Shown in pieces: positions 52,656 to 64,000 of a stretch of 64,000 nucleotides of DNA (the stretch's first letter is position 1; every line of letters starts with the position of its first letter). The stretch is from Felis catus (Eukaryota), in contig NC_058368.1 of NCBI RefSeq assembly GCF_018350175.1, positions 106,022,001 through 106,086,000 on the forward strand, given 5' to 3'. The position numbers and the translations under genes are program-made. The notes beneath the pieces were generated by a model. It did not search any database, had not been told where the DNA came from, and saw only the letters and a list, made by a program, of their open reading frames with translations.

Positions 52656-52820
52656 CAAGCAGGGGAGAGCCAGAGAGAGGGGGAGACACAGAATCTGAAG
52701 CAGGCTCCAGGCTCTGAGCTGTCAGCACAGAGCCTGACACAGGACTTGAACTCATGAACTGTGAGATCATGACCTGAGCTGAAGTCAGATGCTTAACCAA
52801 CTGAGCTACCTGGGCGCCCC
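52580..52820 (-). mobile_element. CanSINE with expanded (GA)n
   Basis: TSD ctatttta. Confidence 0.93.
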
Positions 52821-53160
52821 TATTTTATATTATGATTTGAGCAATAATTATATACCTCTATATACTTCCCAAAATGCACTAAACTGTGCACTCAGGTCAG
52901 TGAGTTTTATTGAATCTATTTTATATCTCAATAAAACTGAAAAATAGCCCAAATAATCCCTGTATGTGGTTAATTCTGCAATTTTATTTCAGTTATGCTT
53001 AGCTAACACGTTTAAACTACATTTAAAAGTTCTAAGTTCTAAAGCCCTTAGGGCTTATAGATATATAAGCTCTTGATTCATAAGACCACAATGGATCAGA
53101 TAAGATGAGAGTAGAGGAATTTTCTGGAGATTCTCTATCACTTTTTAAAATTAAATTTTA

Positions 53161-53384
53161 GGGGCGCCTGGGTGGTGCAGTCGGTTGAGTGTCCGACTTC
53201 GGCCAGGTCGCGATCTCGCGGTCCGGGAGTTCGAGCCCCGCGTCGGGCTCTGGGCTGATGGCTCAGAGCCTGGAGCCTGTTTCCGATTCTGTGTCTCCCT
53301 CTCTCTCTGCCCCTCCCCCGTTCATGCTCTGTCTCTCTCTGTCCCAAAAATAAATAAACATTGAAAAAAAAATTAAAAAAAAAT
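53161..53384 (+). mobile_element. Young SINEC_Fc-type SINE
   Basis: TSD aaaattaaatttta. Confidence 0.97.
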
Positions 53385-54156
53385 AAAATTAAATTTTAAT
53401 GGGATTATCAAAAGAACAAAACAAGAAAACCCATGAACCTTTCTTAATCAAATAGCAAGATTAAAAAACATTCCAAAGTTTAGTATATGTTTTTACATAT
53501 CTCACTTCCCTCCAAAGTGATGGAAAAACATTACAAAAGAGCAGTAAAATCTCACTTGAACCCCAAAGCAACCCAAATGTCCATCAGCAAGAAACGGGAA
53601 AGATGAATTGTGATATACTCATATCCCAGTTGAATCGTACTTAGCAACAAAGAGGAATGAACTACTGATAAACAAGGACAACATTAGTTGCTCTCAAAAA
53701 CATTTTGAATGAAAGAAGCCAAGCGCTAAAATGTACATACAATGTGATTCCATTTATATCAAGTTCAAAAACATGCAGAAATGAATCTATGAGAAAAGAA
53801 ATCCCAATAGTGGTTGCTTCTGGTAGGGAAGACATTAACTGAAAAGGGGACACAAGGGAACTTTCTCTAGGCATGACAGTCTTTTGTCTCTCACCTGGGT
53901 GTTGGTTACATGAATGTATACATTTGTCTAAACTGTGAAGTTTGCAATGTATATTTATACCACAATGTTAAAAAAAAATTGGCTCTCGTGAGACTAGGTC
54001 TGTAATGTTTAGCAAATTACAAGGAAACATAAGAAAGTGTGAAGAAAACTATACACACATTAAGTTGTATCAATCTCTTGAGAAAGTTGTAGAGCATAAA
54101 GAATATTTCGGAAATAATATAACCAGACTATAATAGACTACACATAATAAGTTTTT

Positions 54157-54370
54157 TTTTAATTTCTTTTCAACTTCTATTTATTTTTGAGAGACAGAAA
54201 GAGACAGAGAAGGGGAGAGGCAGAGAGAGAGGGAGACACAGAATCCGAAGCAGGCTCCAGCCTCCGAGCTGTCAGCACAGAGCCCGATGCGGGGCCTGAA
54301 CCCACGGACCATAAGATCATGACCTGAGCCAAAGTCAGACTCTTAACCCACTGAGCCACCCAGGCACTCC
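54157..54370 (-). mobile_element. CanSINE
   Basis: TSD ta(a/g)taagttttt. Confidence 0.93.
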
Positions 54371-54525
54371 TACTTAGTAAGTTTTTAGGTAAGAATTGTT
54401 GACCATTTGGAGAAGGAATATAAATATAGCTATTAAAAAGGACAAACAAGATTAAATTATGATAATGAAAAATTCAAATTAGACATTAGAGACAGAATGT
54501 TGGAGAAGTTATGACATATGAGAGT

Positions 54526-54750
54526 TTATTTTATTTTATTTTATTTTATTTTATTTTATTTTATTTTATTTTTTGAGAGACAGCATGAACAGGGGAGGGG
54601 CAGAGAGAGAGGGAGAGAGAGAATCCTAAGCAGGTTCTTCACTGTTAGCACAGAGCCTGACATAGGGCTCAAACCCACAAAACCATGAGATCATGACCTA
54701 AGCTGAAACTAAGGGTTGGATGCTCAACTGACTGAGCTACCCAGGTGCCC
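54526..54750 (-). mobile_element. CanSINE with (TTTTA)n tail
   Basis: TSD gacatatgaga. Confidence 0.93.
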
Positions 54751-54931
54751 AGACATATGAGATGTTAGAGGTCACATATTAAAGACAAAATAATGTTTCA
54801 TATTAAAGAATATAAAATAGAATAGAATCAATATTTAATAATGTAAAGTGTTCTTAAATATATAAAAATCAATGACACTGGGAAATGAAAACACTTACCT
54901 TACCTTGTCCTACATAAAATAAGAATTAACC

Positions 54932-55152
54932 CCATGGGGGAGGGGAAGAAAAAAAAAGAAAAAAAAAGGTTAGAGAGGGAGGGAGCGAAAACATAAGAGA
55001 CTCTTAAAAAATGAGAAAAAAACTGAGGATTGATGGGGGGGGGTGGGAGGGAGGGGAGGGTGGGTGATGGGTATTGAGGAGGGCACCTGTTGGGATGAGC
55101 ACTGGGTGTTGTATGGAAACCAAGTTGACAATAAATTTCATATTAAAAAAAA
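54932..55152 (+). mobile_element. Felid L1 3' UTR fragment
   Basis: TSD aagaattaacc. Confidence 0.93.
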
Positions 55153-55419
55153 AAGAATTAACCAACTCCAAAATATTGTTCACGGTAAGGGAGTATGCCT
55201 CAACTGTGTGAAGGGAGACTGAAAAATGATTAATTTCAAAGGAGGTGAAACATGTACAGTGATATGGGAGGAAAAATCAGTCTTCTAGGCAGCTACTAGG
55301 GCATTCCCTTTTGAGAGAGATTTGCCTTTTCCAGAGTAAGAATTGGATTCTAAGAGTGACACAGCATCAGGGTTCAAGAGGCTATGGGTTTTGGGGGAAG
55401 AATTGGTTCTTCTTGTAAA

Positions 55420-57720
55420 AGACATCTAGGGGTAAGGAAGAAGAATACTAAGAGTTCCCACTGAGTTTGCAACAGAAATTATGGGAGACTGACTGCAACA
55501 AAATAACATTCTTAAAATACTAGAAGAAAGTAGCTTCCAGCTGCTATGTATATACCCAGCAAAAGTATCTTTCAAAAATGAAGATGAGCAAAGATATTCT
55601 CCAGGAAAAGAAGAGAATTTGTTTCTAGAACTCATAAATTATAGGGAGTTCTTCAGACAGAAGGAAAATAATCACAGAGGGCAATTCAAAAATGCAAAAG
55701 AGAATAAAGAAAAATTGAAAGAATGAGTAACTGTGTAGAGAAACACATATTGATTGCCTAATGGTCATACAAAAACAATGATAGCAATTAGTGGGGTCTA
55801 AAATTCTGCAGTGAAAATTCTGTCACAATAATGCAAAGGGAAAAACAGAGTTAAGGAGTTTTAAGTTTCTAGAAATACCAAGAAAATTATAAAACTAAAA
55901 AAAATAGTAATTATTTTGAACCGCAGTGTAAATAAAGAACTGCTATAAATAATAAGAGGCAGAGGAAAAGCAACCCAATAGACAAATGGGCACAATGACT
56001 TTATCTAGCACTTCATCAAAGAAGATATCCAAATTGCTAAAAAACAAACAAACAAGCAAACAAACACAAAAACAAAAAAAAACATGAAAAGATGCTCAAC
56101 TTTTTTAGTCACCAGAGAAGTGCAATTAACACAGAAGAGTAAACAAAATTAAAAGGCAGAAATTTAAACAGTTGGTAAGATTTGGCAAACTGGAATTCTC
56201 ATATACTGCAGGAGAGATTGCCACTTCGTACAACTGTATTGAAATACTTTGGTTTACGTACCGCTAAGAGCTGAGTATATGCTTACCCTATGGTCTAATA
56301 ATTCTTCTCTGAGATACACAGACATTTTTATAAGATATGTTGCAAGGTATGAGGTCAGCTACATTATTACAAAGTAAAAATGAGGGACTCTTTCCTCAAG
56401 GAGAGATTGATAAAACACATTAGTATTGTGGACTTTAATACAAATCTCTAAGGAGATTAGAAAGACAAAATAATTAAGAATACCTCAAGAACTGAATAAT
56501 TAATATGGTAGATCTCTCTTTTTTCAAACATGTGCGTGTACACACACAGACACACATACACATCATCTGTGACGGTATTCATGAAATATGTATATATCTT
56601 ATATATTAAACTTTAAAAGATAACCAATGTACTCTAAAATAGTAAAAGAGGGTGATGGGTATTGAGGAGGGCACCTGTTGGGATGAGCACTGGGTGTTGT
56701 ATGGAAACCAGTTTGACAATAAATTTCATTAAAAAATAAATAAATGAATAATCAAAAAAATAAAATGAAAAAAATAAAAGTAACAAAACTGAAAAAAAAA
56801 TAGTAAAAGAGGTATAGAATATAATATTCACATATACTCTCTTCCCTTAAAAGAACAAAACCTGAAATAAATAATAAAATACCAAAAGCCTTACCAGTTG
56901 TAAATGTAAAAATTCTGCCTTGAACCACATTGAGCTTCATTAAATCAAGAGGGAAATTTCACAGTATCTTTAAAATAACAAAAATAAGACACTACCTAGT
57001 ATAGTGCTCAGAGGAAAACTTACAGAGCTAAAAAAAAATCAGTGGTGAAGAAAAAATTTGTAAACACATTAATAAAGCATTAAATTTATGAAGTTTGACA
57101 AAAATACAAGAGTCAAAATTAGAAATAAAGATGAAACAATACACATGACAAAAATGAATCTAATCAAGAAGAAAAAGAAGGTACATATATGAAATTTAAA
57201 AATAAAATGAGGAAATAGAGAAATAATATTAAGGTTTAGAAAATTCTTTATGCAAATAAATTTGAAAACTTGAATAAAATGGTTTATTTTCTAAGAAACC
57301 AGGACCAACCCCCTAAAAGGCAGAAATATTTAATGATTAAAGTTACGTAGAAGAAGTTGACAATATTTCTAGAGAACAGTCCTTTCCCCAAAGCATCAGA
57401 ACAAAACTGTTTAATAGGTGAATGCACTATGGAGTAGACAACTCCAGCCTCATTTAAACTATTCTAACACACAGAGAGGTCTAAATTATTTTTATGAAGA
57501 GTAAGCCTGACCAAGGGGATACCAAAAAAAAAGGAAAATTGAAGATTCGGTTCTTTTATGAATATTTGTGCAAACATCCTACATAAAATATTGGCACATA
57601 ATATCCAGCAAAAATATATCATCAATGAATAGGACAAAGTTGATATAATGTATTATAATCAGGTTAAAGGGGAAAAAATGATCATTTCCCCAGATGGTGA
57701 GTGAAAAAAAGAAAGAAAAT
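55420..57720 (+). mobile_element. Old L1M ORF1/ORF2 fragments
   Basis: atacccagcaaaagtatctttcaaaaatgaag (ORF1), aaagaagatatccaaattgc and tatgcaaataaatttgaaaac (ORF2). Confidence 0.65.
56652..56796 (+). mobile_element. Short felid L1 3' end with long patterned A tail
   Basis: TSD aaaatagtaaaagagg. Confidence 0.92.
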
Positions 57721-57735
57721 CCAACACCTATTCCT

Positions 57736-57765
57736 TTTAAAAAATTTTTTTGTAATGTTTTATTT

Positions 57766-57810
<45 letters not shown>

Positions 57811-57982
57811 CACAAGCATGGGAGGGACAGAGAGAGAGGGGGACACAGAATCTGAAGACAGTCTACAGGCTATGAGCTAGTTGTCAGCCCAGAGCCCGAT
57901 GTGGGGCTTGAACTCACGAATTGCGAGATCATGACCTGAGCTGAAGTCAGATGCTTAACCAACTGAGCCACTCAGGTGCCCC
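57736..57982 (-). mobile_element. CanSINE
   Basis: TSD tccaacacctattcct. Confidence 0.95.
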
Positions 57983-58403
57983 TCCAACACCTATTCCTGA
58001 TAAAAACTTTTATTAAATAGGAAGACAAGCCTTTCTTTAAAAATACCTGATGGTATTTTTTCATTTAAAAAATTTTAATATTTATGTAAGCATGTCTATC
58101 TTAGATAGGCACTTCTCATGTCAGTATTAAAAATGCATAAAATCCTTCAGCCAGAAATATTACTTAATCTATCTTAAAAGGAAACTTGAAAAAGGATGTA
58201 TATATATGGGCAGTTATTGAGGGACTTTTGATCTCAAATTTGAAAATGGAAAGGACTAAAGTTCATCAGTGGGGAAATACTTATGGTTTATTTATACTTC
58301 AGAATAATAAAAAATCATTGAAAGGTATGAGATAAAGATTTCCAAACATATGATCATGCACTATTTATTTAATTACAAATACAAATTTTAAATACAAATT
58401 TTA

Positions 58404-58590
58404 TTTTACTTTATTATTATTTATTTGAGAGAGAGCAGAGGAGTGGGGCGGACAGAGAGGGAGAGAGAATCTTAAGCAGGCTACATGCTCTGCACAGAAC
58501 CTGATGGGGGCTCGATTCTATGACCCTGGGATCATGACCTGAGCCAAAATCAAGAGGTAGATGCTCAACCGACTAAACCACCCTGTCTCC
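58404..58590 (-). mobile_element. CanSINE
   Basis: TSD aaatacaaatttta. Confidence 0.9.
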
Positions 58591-58769
58591 TTAAAATACA
58601 AATTTTAAAGGATACCAAAGTATCCTAAGGAATTCTTATGACCAGTGGCACTAAGGGGAAAAAGATAAGTATTTTTATTTATACTTATTTTTTAAAGAAT
58701 TTTTTATTAAAAATTAAAAAAAAAATAAGTATAAGTAAAAATTCAGTTTTAGTCTCAAAAACTAAGTTA

Positions 58770-58940
58770 ACTAAGATCTGAAAAGTTCTCATCAAAAGAA
58801 CAAAATTGTGACTGTGTGTGGTGATGGATACTAAGTAGATTTACCGTGGCGATCATCTTGCAATATATACAAATATCGAATTATTATATTGTACACTGAA
58901 ACTAATATAACATGTCGATTGTATTTTAATTAAAAAAAAC
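58770..58940 (+). mobile_element. L1MA/L1_Carn-like 3' end
   Basis: aaaagttctcatc...gtggtgatgga...gcaatatatacaaatatcgaatt...tgtacactgaaactaat. Confidence 0.8.
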
Positions 58941-59288
58941 AAATTAAATATATCAAAGTATTTTTTAAAAGCATAAAGTATCCCATCAAGAAGAAATAGT
59001 ACAAAATTATGACTTTATACAGTAATTGTTTAGGGAAAAAACGTAAAAAGTGAACAAGGTGGCACTACACATGGAAAGTGATGGATGAACAGGTAATTAT
59101 AACTGAGAAAAAAATTGAACACAGAGTCAAAGAAGGAAAGGGACACATACACAGAGACATTAAAGAATTGTTTCAAACTTGAGGAGATCATCAAGAATCA
59201 AAAAGACACATTTGAGGGGGTAACACAGAAAGAAAAACACAGTCAAGGAATATTCCCATCTTGTGAGCACTTAAAAATTTTATGCTGT

Positions 59289-59647
59289 GGGTCTCCTGGC
59301 TGGCTCAGTGAGTAGAGCATGTGACTCTTGATCTCTGGGTGTGAGTCCAAGGCACACATTGGATGTAAAGATAATTTAAAAAAAAAATCCTTGGGGTGCC
59401 TGGGTGGCTCAGTCGGTTAAGCATCCCACTTTGGCTCAAGTCATGATCTCACATCATGATCTCAGGGTTTGTGAGTTCGAGCCCTGTGTCAGGCTCTGTC
59501 CTGACAGCTTGGAACTCAGAGCCTGGAGCCTGCTTCCAATTCTGTGTCTACCTGTCTCTCTGCCCCTCCTCACTCGCACTATGTCACTCTCTCTCTCGCA
59601 AAAATAAGCATTAAAAATTTTTTTAATAAAAAATTCTTTAAAAAATA
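59289..59647 (+). mobile_element. Short CanSINE with a second CanSINE (59393-59628) nested in its A tail
   Basis: Outer TSD core attttatg; inner TSD aaaaat(c/t)ctt. Confidence 0.9.
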
Positions 59648-59931
59648 AAGATTTTATGATAGAACTGAGAGCTGTGTTTCACATACAAAACACTATTATG
59701 TGTGTTCATGTCAACTTTTAAAAGGATAAGTTTATCTAAGATGTGCCAACTGAAGCAATGACCTCTAGTAATGCCTGACTTATGGATTGAGCCTATTCAT
59801 GTTTAGAGAAAATTCTAGAAGATGCTGAGGAATGTGGGGAGGAGTCTGCAAGCACTCTTAGAGCCTGTGTTTGTGAACTGACTGCAGGATTAATTATTTC
59901 AGTTGTAGAAAAATTTATCTCAGCATGTGTA

Positions 59932-59968
<37 letters not shown>

Positions 59969-60138
59969 GGGAATTGAGCAATATGAAATGTTTTACGAAA
60001 GGTAGATGTCATTATATGATGGTCTGTCTTTAGTTATTGCTTCAAGGAAACAATGGCAGTTTCCTGTGGTTATGATTGTGCTAGTTTCCAAATCATCATG
60101 AAACATTAGGACAGTGGCTCCATAAGTGTTGGCCTATA

Positions 60139-60218
60139 TAGCATAATAGTATTTCTAGATTGTAATAATATTGAGATTAGCACAATAGTATTTCTAGATT
60201 GTAATAATATTGAGATTA
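60139..60218. repeat. 39-bp tandem duplication
   Basis: tagca(t/c)aatagtatttctagattgtaataatattgagat x2, one mismatch. Confidence 0.95.
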
Positions 60219-62959
60219 TTGATAAGCTACTACATACTTGGTGATGAAGTGTTTCATAGAAAAGGAAGTAGCAGAAGATGAAGGGAAAGTTAATCCTATC
60301 TAACACTTTTTATGGATCATCGAAATCTTAAAGGGTTTAAGTGTGAGTTAATTACAACTATTGCCTCTTTGTACCCAGGAGTTTGCTGTGCCACAGAGAG
60401 ATTCAAGATGTGCCCGTGGACACCCAGTGGTGCGGCACAGGGCGGGAATTAGAACCCTGTCTGGTTCTAGAGTCCGTATGTTAAATTGTGTTGCTATCCT
60501 GCGTCACAAATGGGAATAATCTTTATAATGAGACCGAACTGGGGAAGAATAACTTACAAAGAAAAGCAAAGGGCTGTGGAAAAGGCAGTGGGCCAGAGAA
60601 TCATTCATGCTTCACACACATAACCATTCTCTGAAAGGAACTTGTGCAGATGTTCTGGCTTGCAGATAGCCAATTTATTACCAAGCAGATTTAGCTTATA
60701 AATGGTAATAACGTATCACTTTTATGTTTTCCTCTTATTGCTGTGTTCTAGGACATTGCATTGGGAACTCTTGTTTGGTGATGCAGAATTTCTTCCAGAT
60801 ATCTAATTGCACATAGCTGTCCATGTAGGGCTAGAGAGGATGCTCAGGAAAAGGGGCAAAAATAGACATCAAATGGTGTGTGAGACTTAATGCCGTGTGA
60901 GTATACAAAAATTAAAGGAAATGTCATATATCTTGTGATCTTTAAAAGCTGCAGTTTTGTAAGTATATACATGTGTATGCACATATATGTTTATATTTTA
61001 AGAATATTAAATATTTCCTAAGTCCCTAAAATGTATTATTATTGGTCAAAAGAAGATTGTTTAAATAATAATATCAAGTAAATAATAATTTGGGGAATTA
61101 GAGTGAAAGACTAAAAATTTATAAACGATTCACAAAGAAAAATAAGATGAACACTAAGTATGATCTCCCAATCCTTATAACGGGTGCCATTAAAGCCGAC
61201 TCAGCAGGAATCAGATTTTTTGCGTAAGAAGCTGGTTAATTTGGATAAATGTCACTGGTGTCAGTCAGGCAAGCAATGAGGGAAAGAAATGTTCATTGAG
61301 AGGGGAGCAAGACGGTCACCAGAGTGTGACTGGGTTGTTCCAGAAGTTCCTTTGTAGAGGAGAATGTTTGCAGGAAGGTGGACAGAATGATCCAGGAAGT
61401 TTTCTGCGACTTCATGAGCTCTGCTTTTTGGATTTTGCTTTTGCCTACATCGTTACTGGTCTCCTTTTCAGAGTTTGTGATTCTGGGCTCCCTGCTGAGT
61501 GAGGCCCATCAGGTTAAATTTGGGTGTGGATTATTCCCATGCCAAGACACTTTGACCAATTCCAGTCTAGACCACTTTAAGAAGTGTAAAACACAAGGGG
61601 GTACATTCGACTCATTTTCTTCTGCATTTCTAAAGCCTGGAACAACTCCAGGGCACTCTTTTAAGCATAGCAAATAACCTCCCTGGATCACAAATTGAGT
61701 ACGGATTTCTTGACTTTTAGGAGCATCATGAAATCTAAGGAACTAGAGGACTTGTCTCCTTTCTGGAAAATGGCAATTGGACACAACTCTAGGCCAATAT
61801 AACACAAAAATTATTTTCTGTGAGAACACAGCATTCTCTGTAGTGAGTTTTGTTCCTGGCAAAGGAATCTATCATGTAGCTGGCTTGATCTTTTAGCCCA
61901 TCTGGAGGGAGTGGTAGCTGAAACGTATGTGCTCGAGTCTGCGTCTCAAGCGTTGCATGTTTTCTTTTCAAACATCCTATTTCTTTAAGGGGAACAACTG
62001 TTTTCTCCACAAAGGCCGCCTCTGCCTCCCTCCTGGCTGCTCAGGTTTCTGCCTGCCTTTTGGTTACCGTGTGGCCGGTGATTTCTCAAGGTCCCAAAGG
62101 AGGACTCGGGCTAGCTGTTAGGACTGAACAAACAATCCTGGCCGAAACCAGAACAGAATCTCAGCGCCCTGCTTTCACCATCACGGTCTTCAGCTCCGTT
62201 TCAGCTTTTCCCTGCCAGATGAGATATAATATCAAACATTGAGACACTGCCAAACTCAGCAGTAACACAGACTCACGATAATTGCTGCCTCTAGGTGCCA
62301 GGCCTCGTACCAGGCAGTTTACTCAAACCACACCGTATCTAATACTCAGAACAATGCTGGAACATAAGCAGCACCCTTGCTGTTAGGCGTTCACGGAAAT
62401 GGAGGTGTAGACACCCAGAGCCGGTGACAGAATCCCCCACAGTGGCAGGTCCAGTGCGTGTCCTGATGTTTCAGCGACATATGACTCTTGGCTTTCTCTC
62501 TCTCCCTTGTCCTCGTGAAAACAAAAGCCCAAGTCACTTTTTGATCTAGACCCTGCCTGTCTTTCATTCCGAGTGAACTGACATCTCCGGAGTCCCTGCT
62601 ACCTGACAGGCTTTGTGGCAGACATGGAGAAGGAGGTCGACAGTGTGGAGACACCCAGACTGAACGGAAGTCGTCTTTCCAGCGCCGTCTGCGAACAGCC
62701 TCTACGCGCAACCACACCGTCCGGCCATACCTCACGGCTCCAAATCGCCGCCAGCCCAGTCTCCTCTCACCTCAGTGTCTGTGCTGTTGCCTCTGCTGGA
62801 ACGCATTCCCTGTGCTCCTCAGCTTTGCCACCTCCCAGTCTTTCTTCCAGACTCCCTCCCATATCACTTCATGCAGCGGTATGTGTTCATATCCTTGAGC
62901 TCCTGGGGTAGAGTCAGGGCTTTTCCCTTTGTTCCCAGGACTCTGCAAACAGTGCCCCG

Positions 62960-63115
62960 CAGATCGCACACCGCTTGCCTATCTGTTGTGTATTGTCTAT
63001 GGCTGTTTTCATGCTACTGTGGCAGAGTTCAGTGATTACCAAACAGAGTGGCAAACTTTTTCTGGAAAGGGCCAGATAGTAAATACCTTAGGCTTTGGGA
63101 GCCCAATGGTCTCTA
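62960..63115. mobile_element. MER58-like hAT-Charlie fragments
   Basis: ggcaaactttttctggaaagggccagatagtaaata and tattgtctatggctgttttcatgctac motifs. Confidence 0.7.
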
Positions 63116-63215
63116 GCATGAGAATACTGAGGAGGTAAGGGAAGACCATTCTCTATCCACAAACAGTGGCCACTAAATTTGGCCTCAGTGAATCACATTG
63201 CTAGCAGTTATTTTA

Positions 63216-63443
63216 TTTTATTTTTTTTTTAATTTTTTTTTCAACGTTTATTTATTTTTGGGACAGAGAGAGACAGAGCATGAACGGGGGAGGGCCAGAG
63301 AGAGAGGAAGACACAGAATCGGAAACAGGCTCCAGGCTCTGAGCCATCAGCCCAGAGCCCGACGCGGGCTCGAACTCACGGACCGCGAGATCGTGACCTG
63401 GCTGAAGTCGGACGCTTAACCGACTGCGCCACCCAGGCGCCCC
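63216..63443 (-). mobile_element. Young SINEC_Fc-type SINE
   Basis: TSD ctagcagttatttta. Confidence 0.97.
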
Positions 63444-64000
63444 AACTAGCAGTTATTTTAGAAATCAAAGGTAAGAGTATGAATGTCTGGGAATATAAGA
63501 GGTAGATTGTATTGGGAAGCAAAAAGGTCATGATGAGAGGCCATTTGATATTTTTATTTGTCACCATCTTCCAGTGACTTATCCATGAAATCTGTCTCTC
63601 GCATACACAGTTTTAAAGACTCTTGGAGCCATAAATAATAGACCTCTACAGTTCTTTATCTACCCGTTTATCTATCTAGCTGAGAAGCATTTAATGAGCA
63701 CCTACTACTTCTAGGTTGCACAGGGGAAATGAATACATCAAGAATAAGACCAATGCTTAACCTCAAGAGACCCCTTGAGTTAAAGCTGTAGAAAGGAGAA
63801 CTTTAAAGGTTAGTTTTATACTTATTTAATCCATGCTAAAAATGGCTGCTGCTTTTTAGTCACTGTAGGGAACAATCCCATTTTACCAGTTCTGTAAGTG
63901 ATTTTGTAGATTTTCATCATGTTCTCTCTCGGGTTCTGCTTTTTTGGATTTACCTATCCCAACTATTTTCGTCTTTCTAGAGCAATTGTCCTCTCTCTTC

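Larger units (their letters stand above)
51370..53970. mobile_element. Cluster of old L1M fragments (mixed orientation; L1MB/MC-like 3' ends)
   Basis: L1 3' motifs (tatgatttcatttatatgaaatgtcc, ggtgatggctgcacaact, tgattccatttatat). Confidence 0.7.

Noticed and set aside
1..64000. tRNA genes, CRISPR arrays or prokaryotic systems
   Set aside because: The tRNA-like A/B boxes are SINE heads; there is no repeat-spacer array; the sequence is mammalian.

Overview
AT-rich mammalian non-coding DNA. The repeats point to a cat-family (Felidae) genome: about 28 tRNA-derived CanSINEs (7 young, near-identical SINEC_Fc-type copies) and felid-type L1 3' ends, over older L1M, L2, MIR, MaLR, ERVL-LTR and hAT relics. 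I found no convincing host protein-coding exon, rRNA, functional tRNA or CRISPR array; nearly all recognisable ORFs in the track are repeat translations. The main structure is a ~5 kb deleted class-I (gamma-like) provirus at 32634-37610 with a 4-bp TSD. It has a truncated 5' LTR, a condensed gag, ~2.8 kb of non-coding AT-rich sequence where pro/RT should be, integrase fragments, and an env with almost no SU but a HERV-W/syncytin-1-like TM. Other oddities: a perfect 25-bp inverted repeat, two inverted L1s sharing one frameshift, a short L1 3' transduction, and two SINEs inserted at the same nick site. Repeat family names come from recalled consensus motifs, not a database search.
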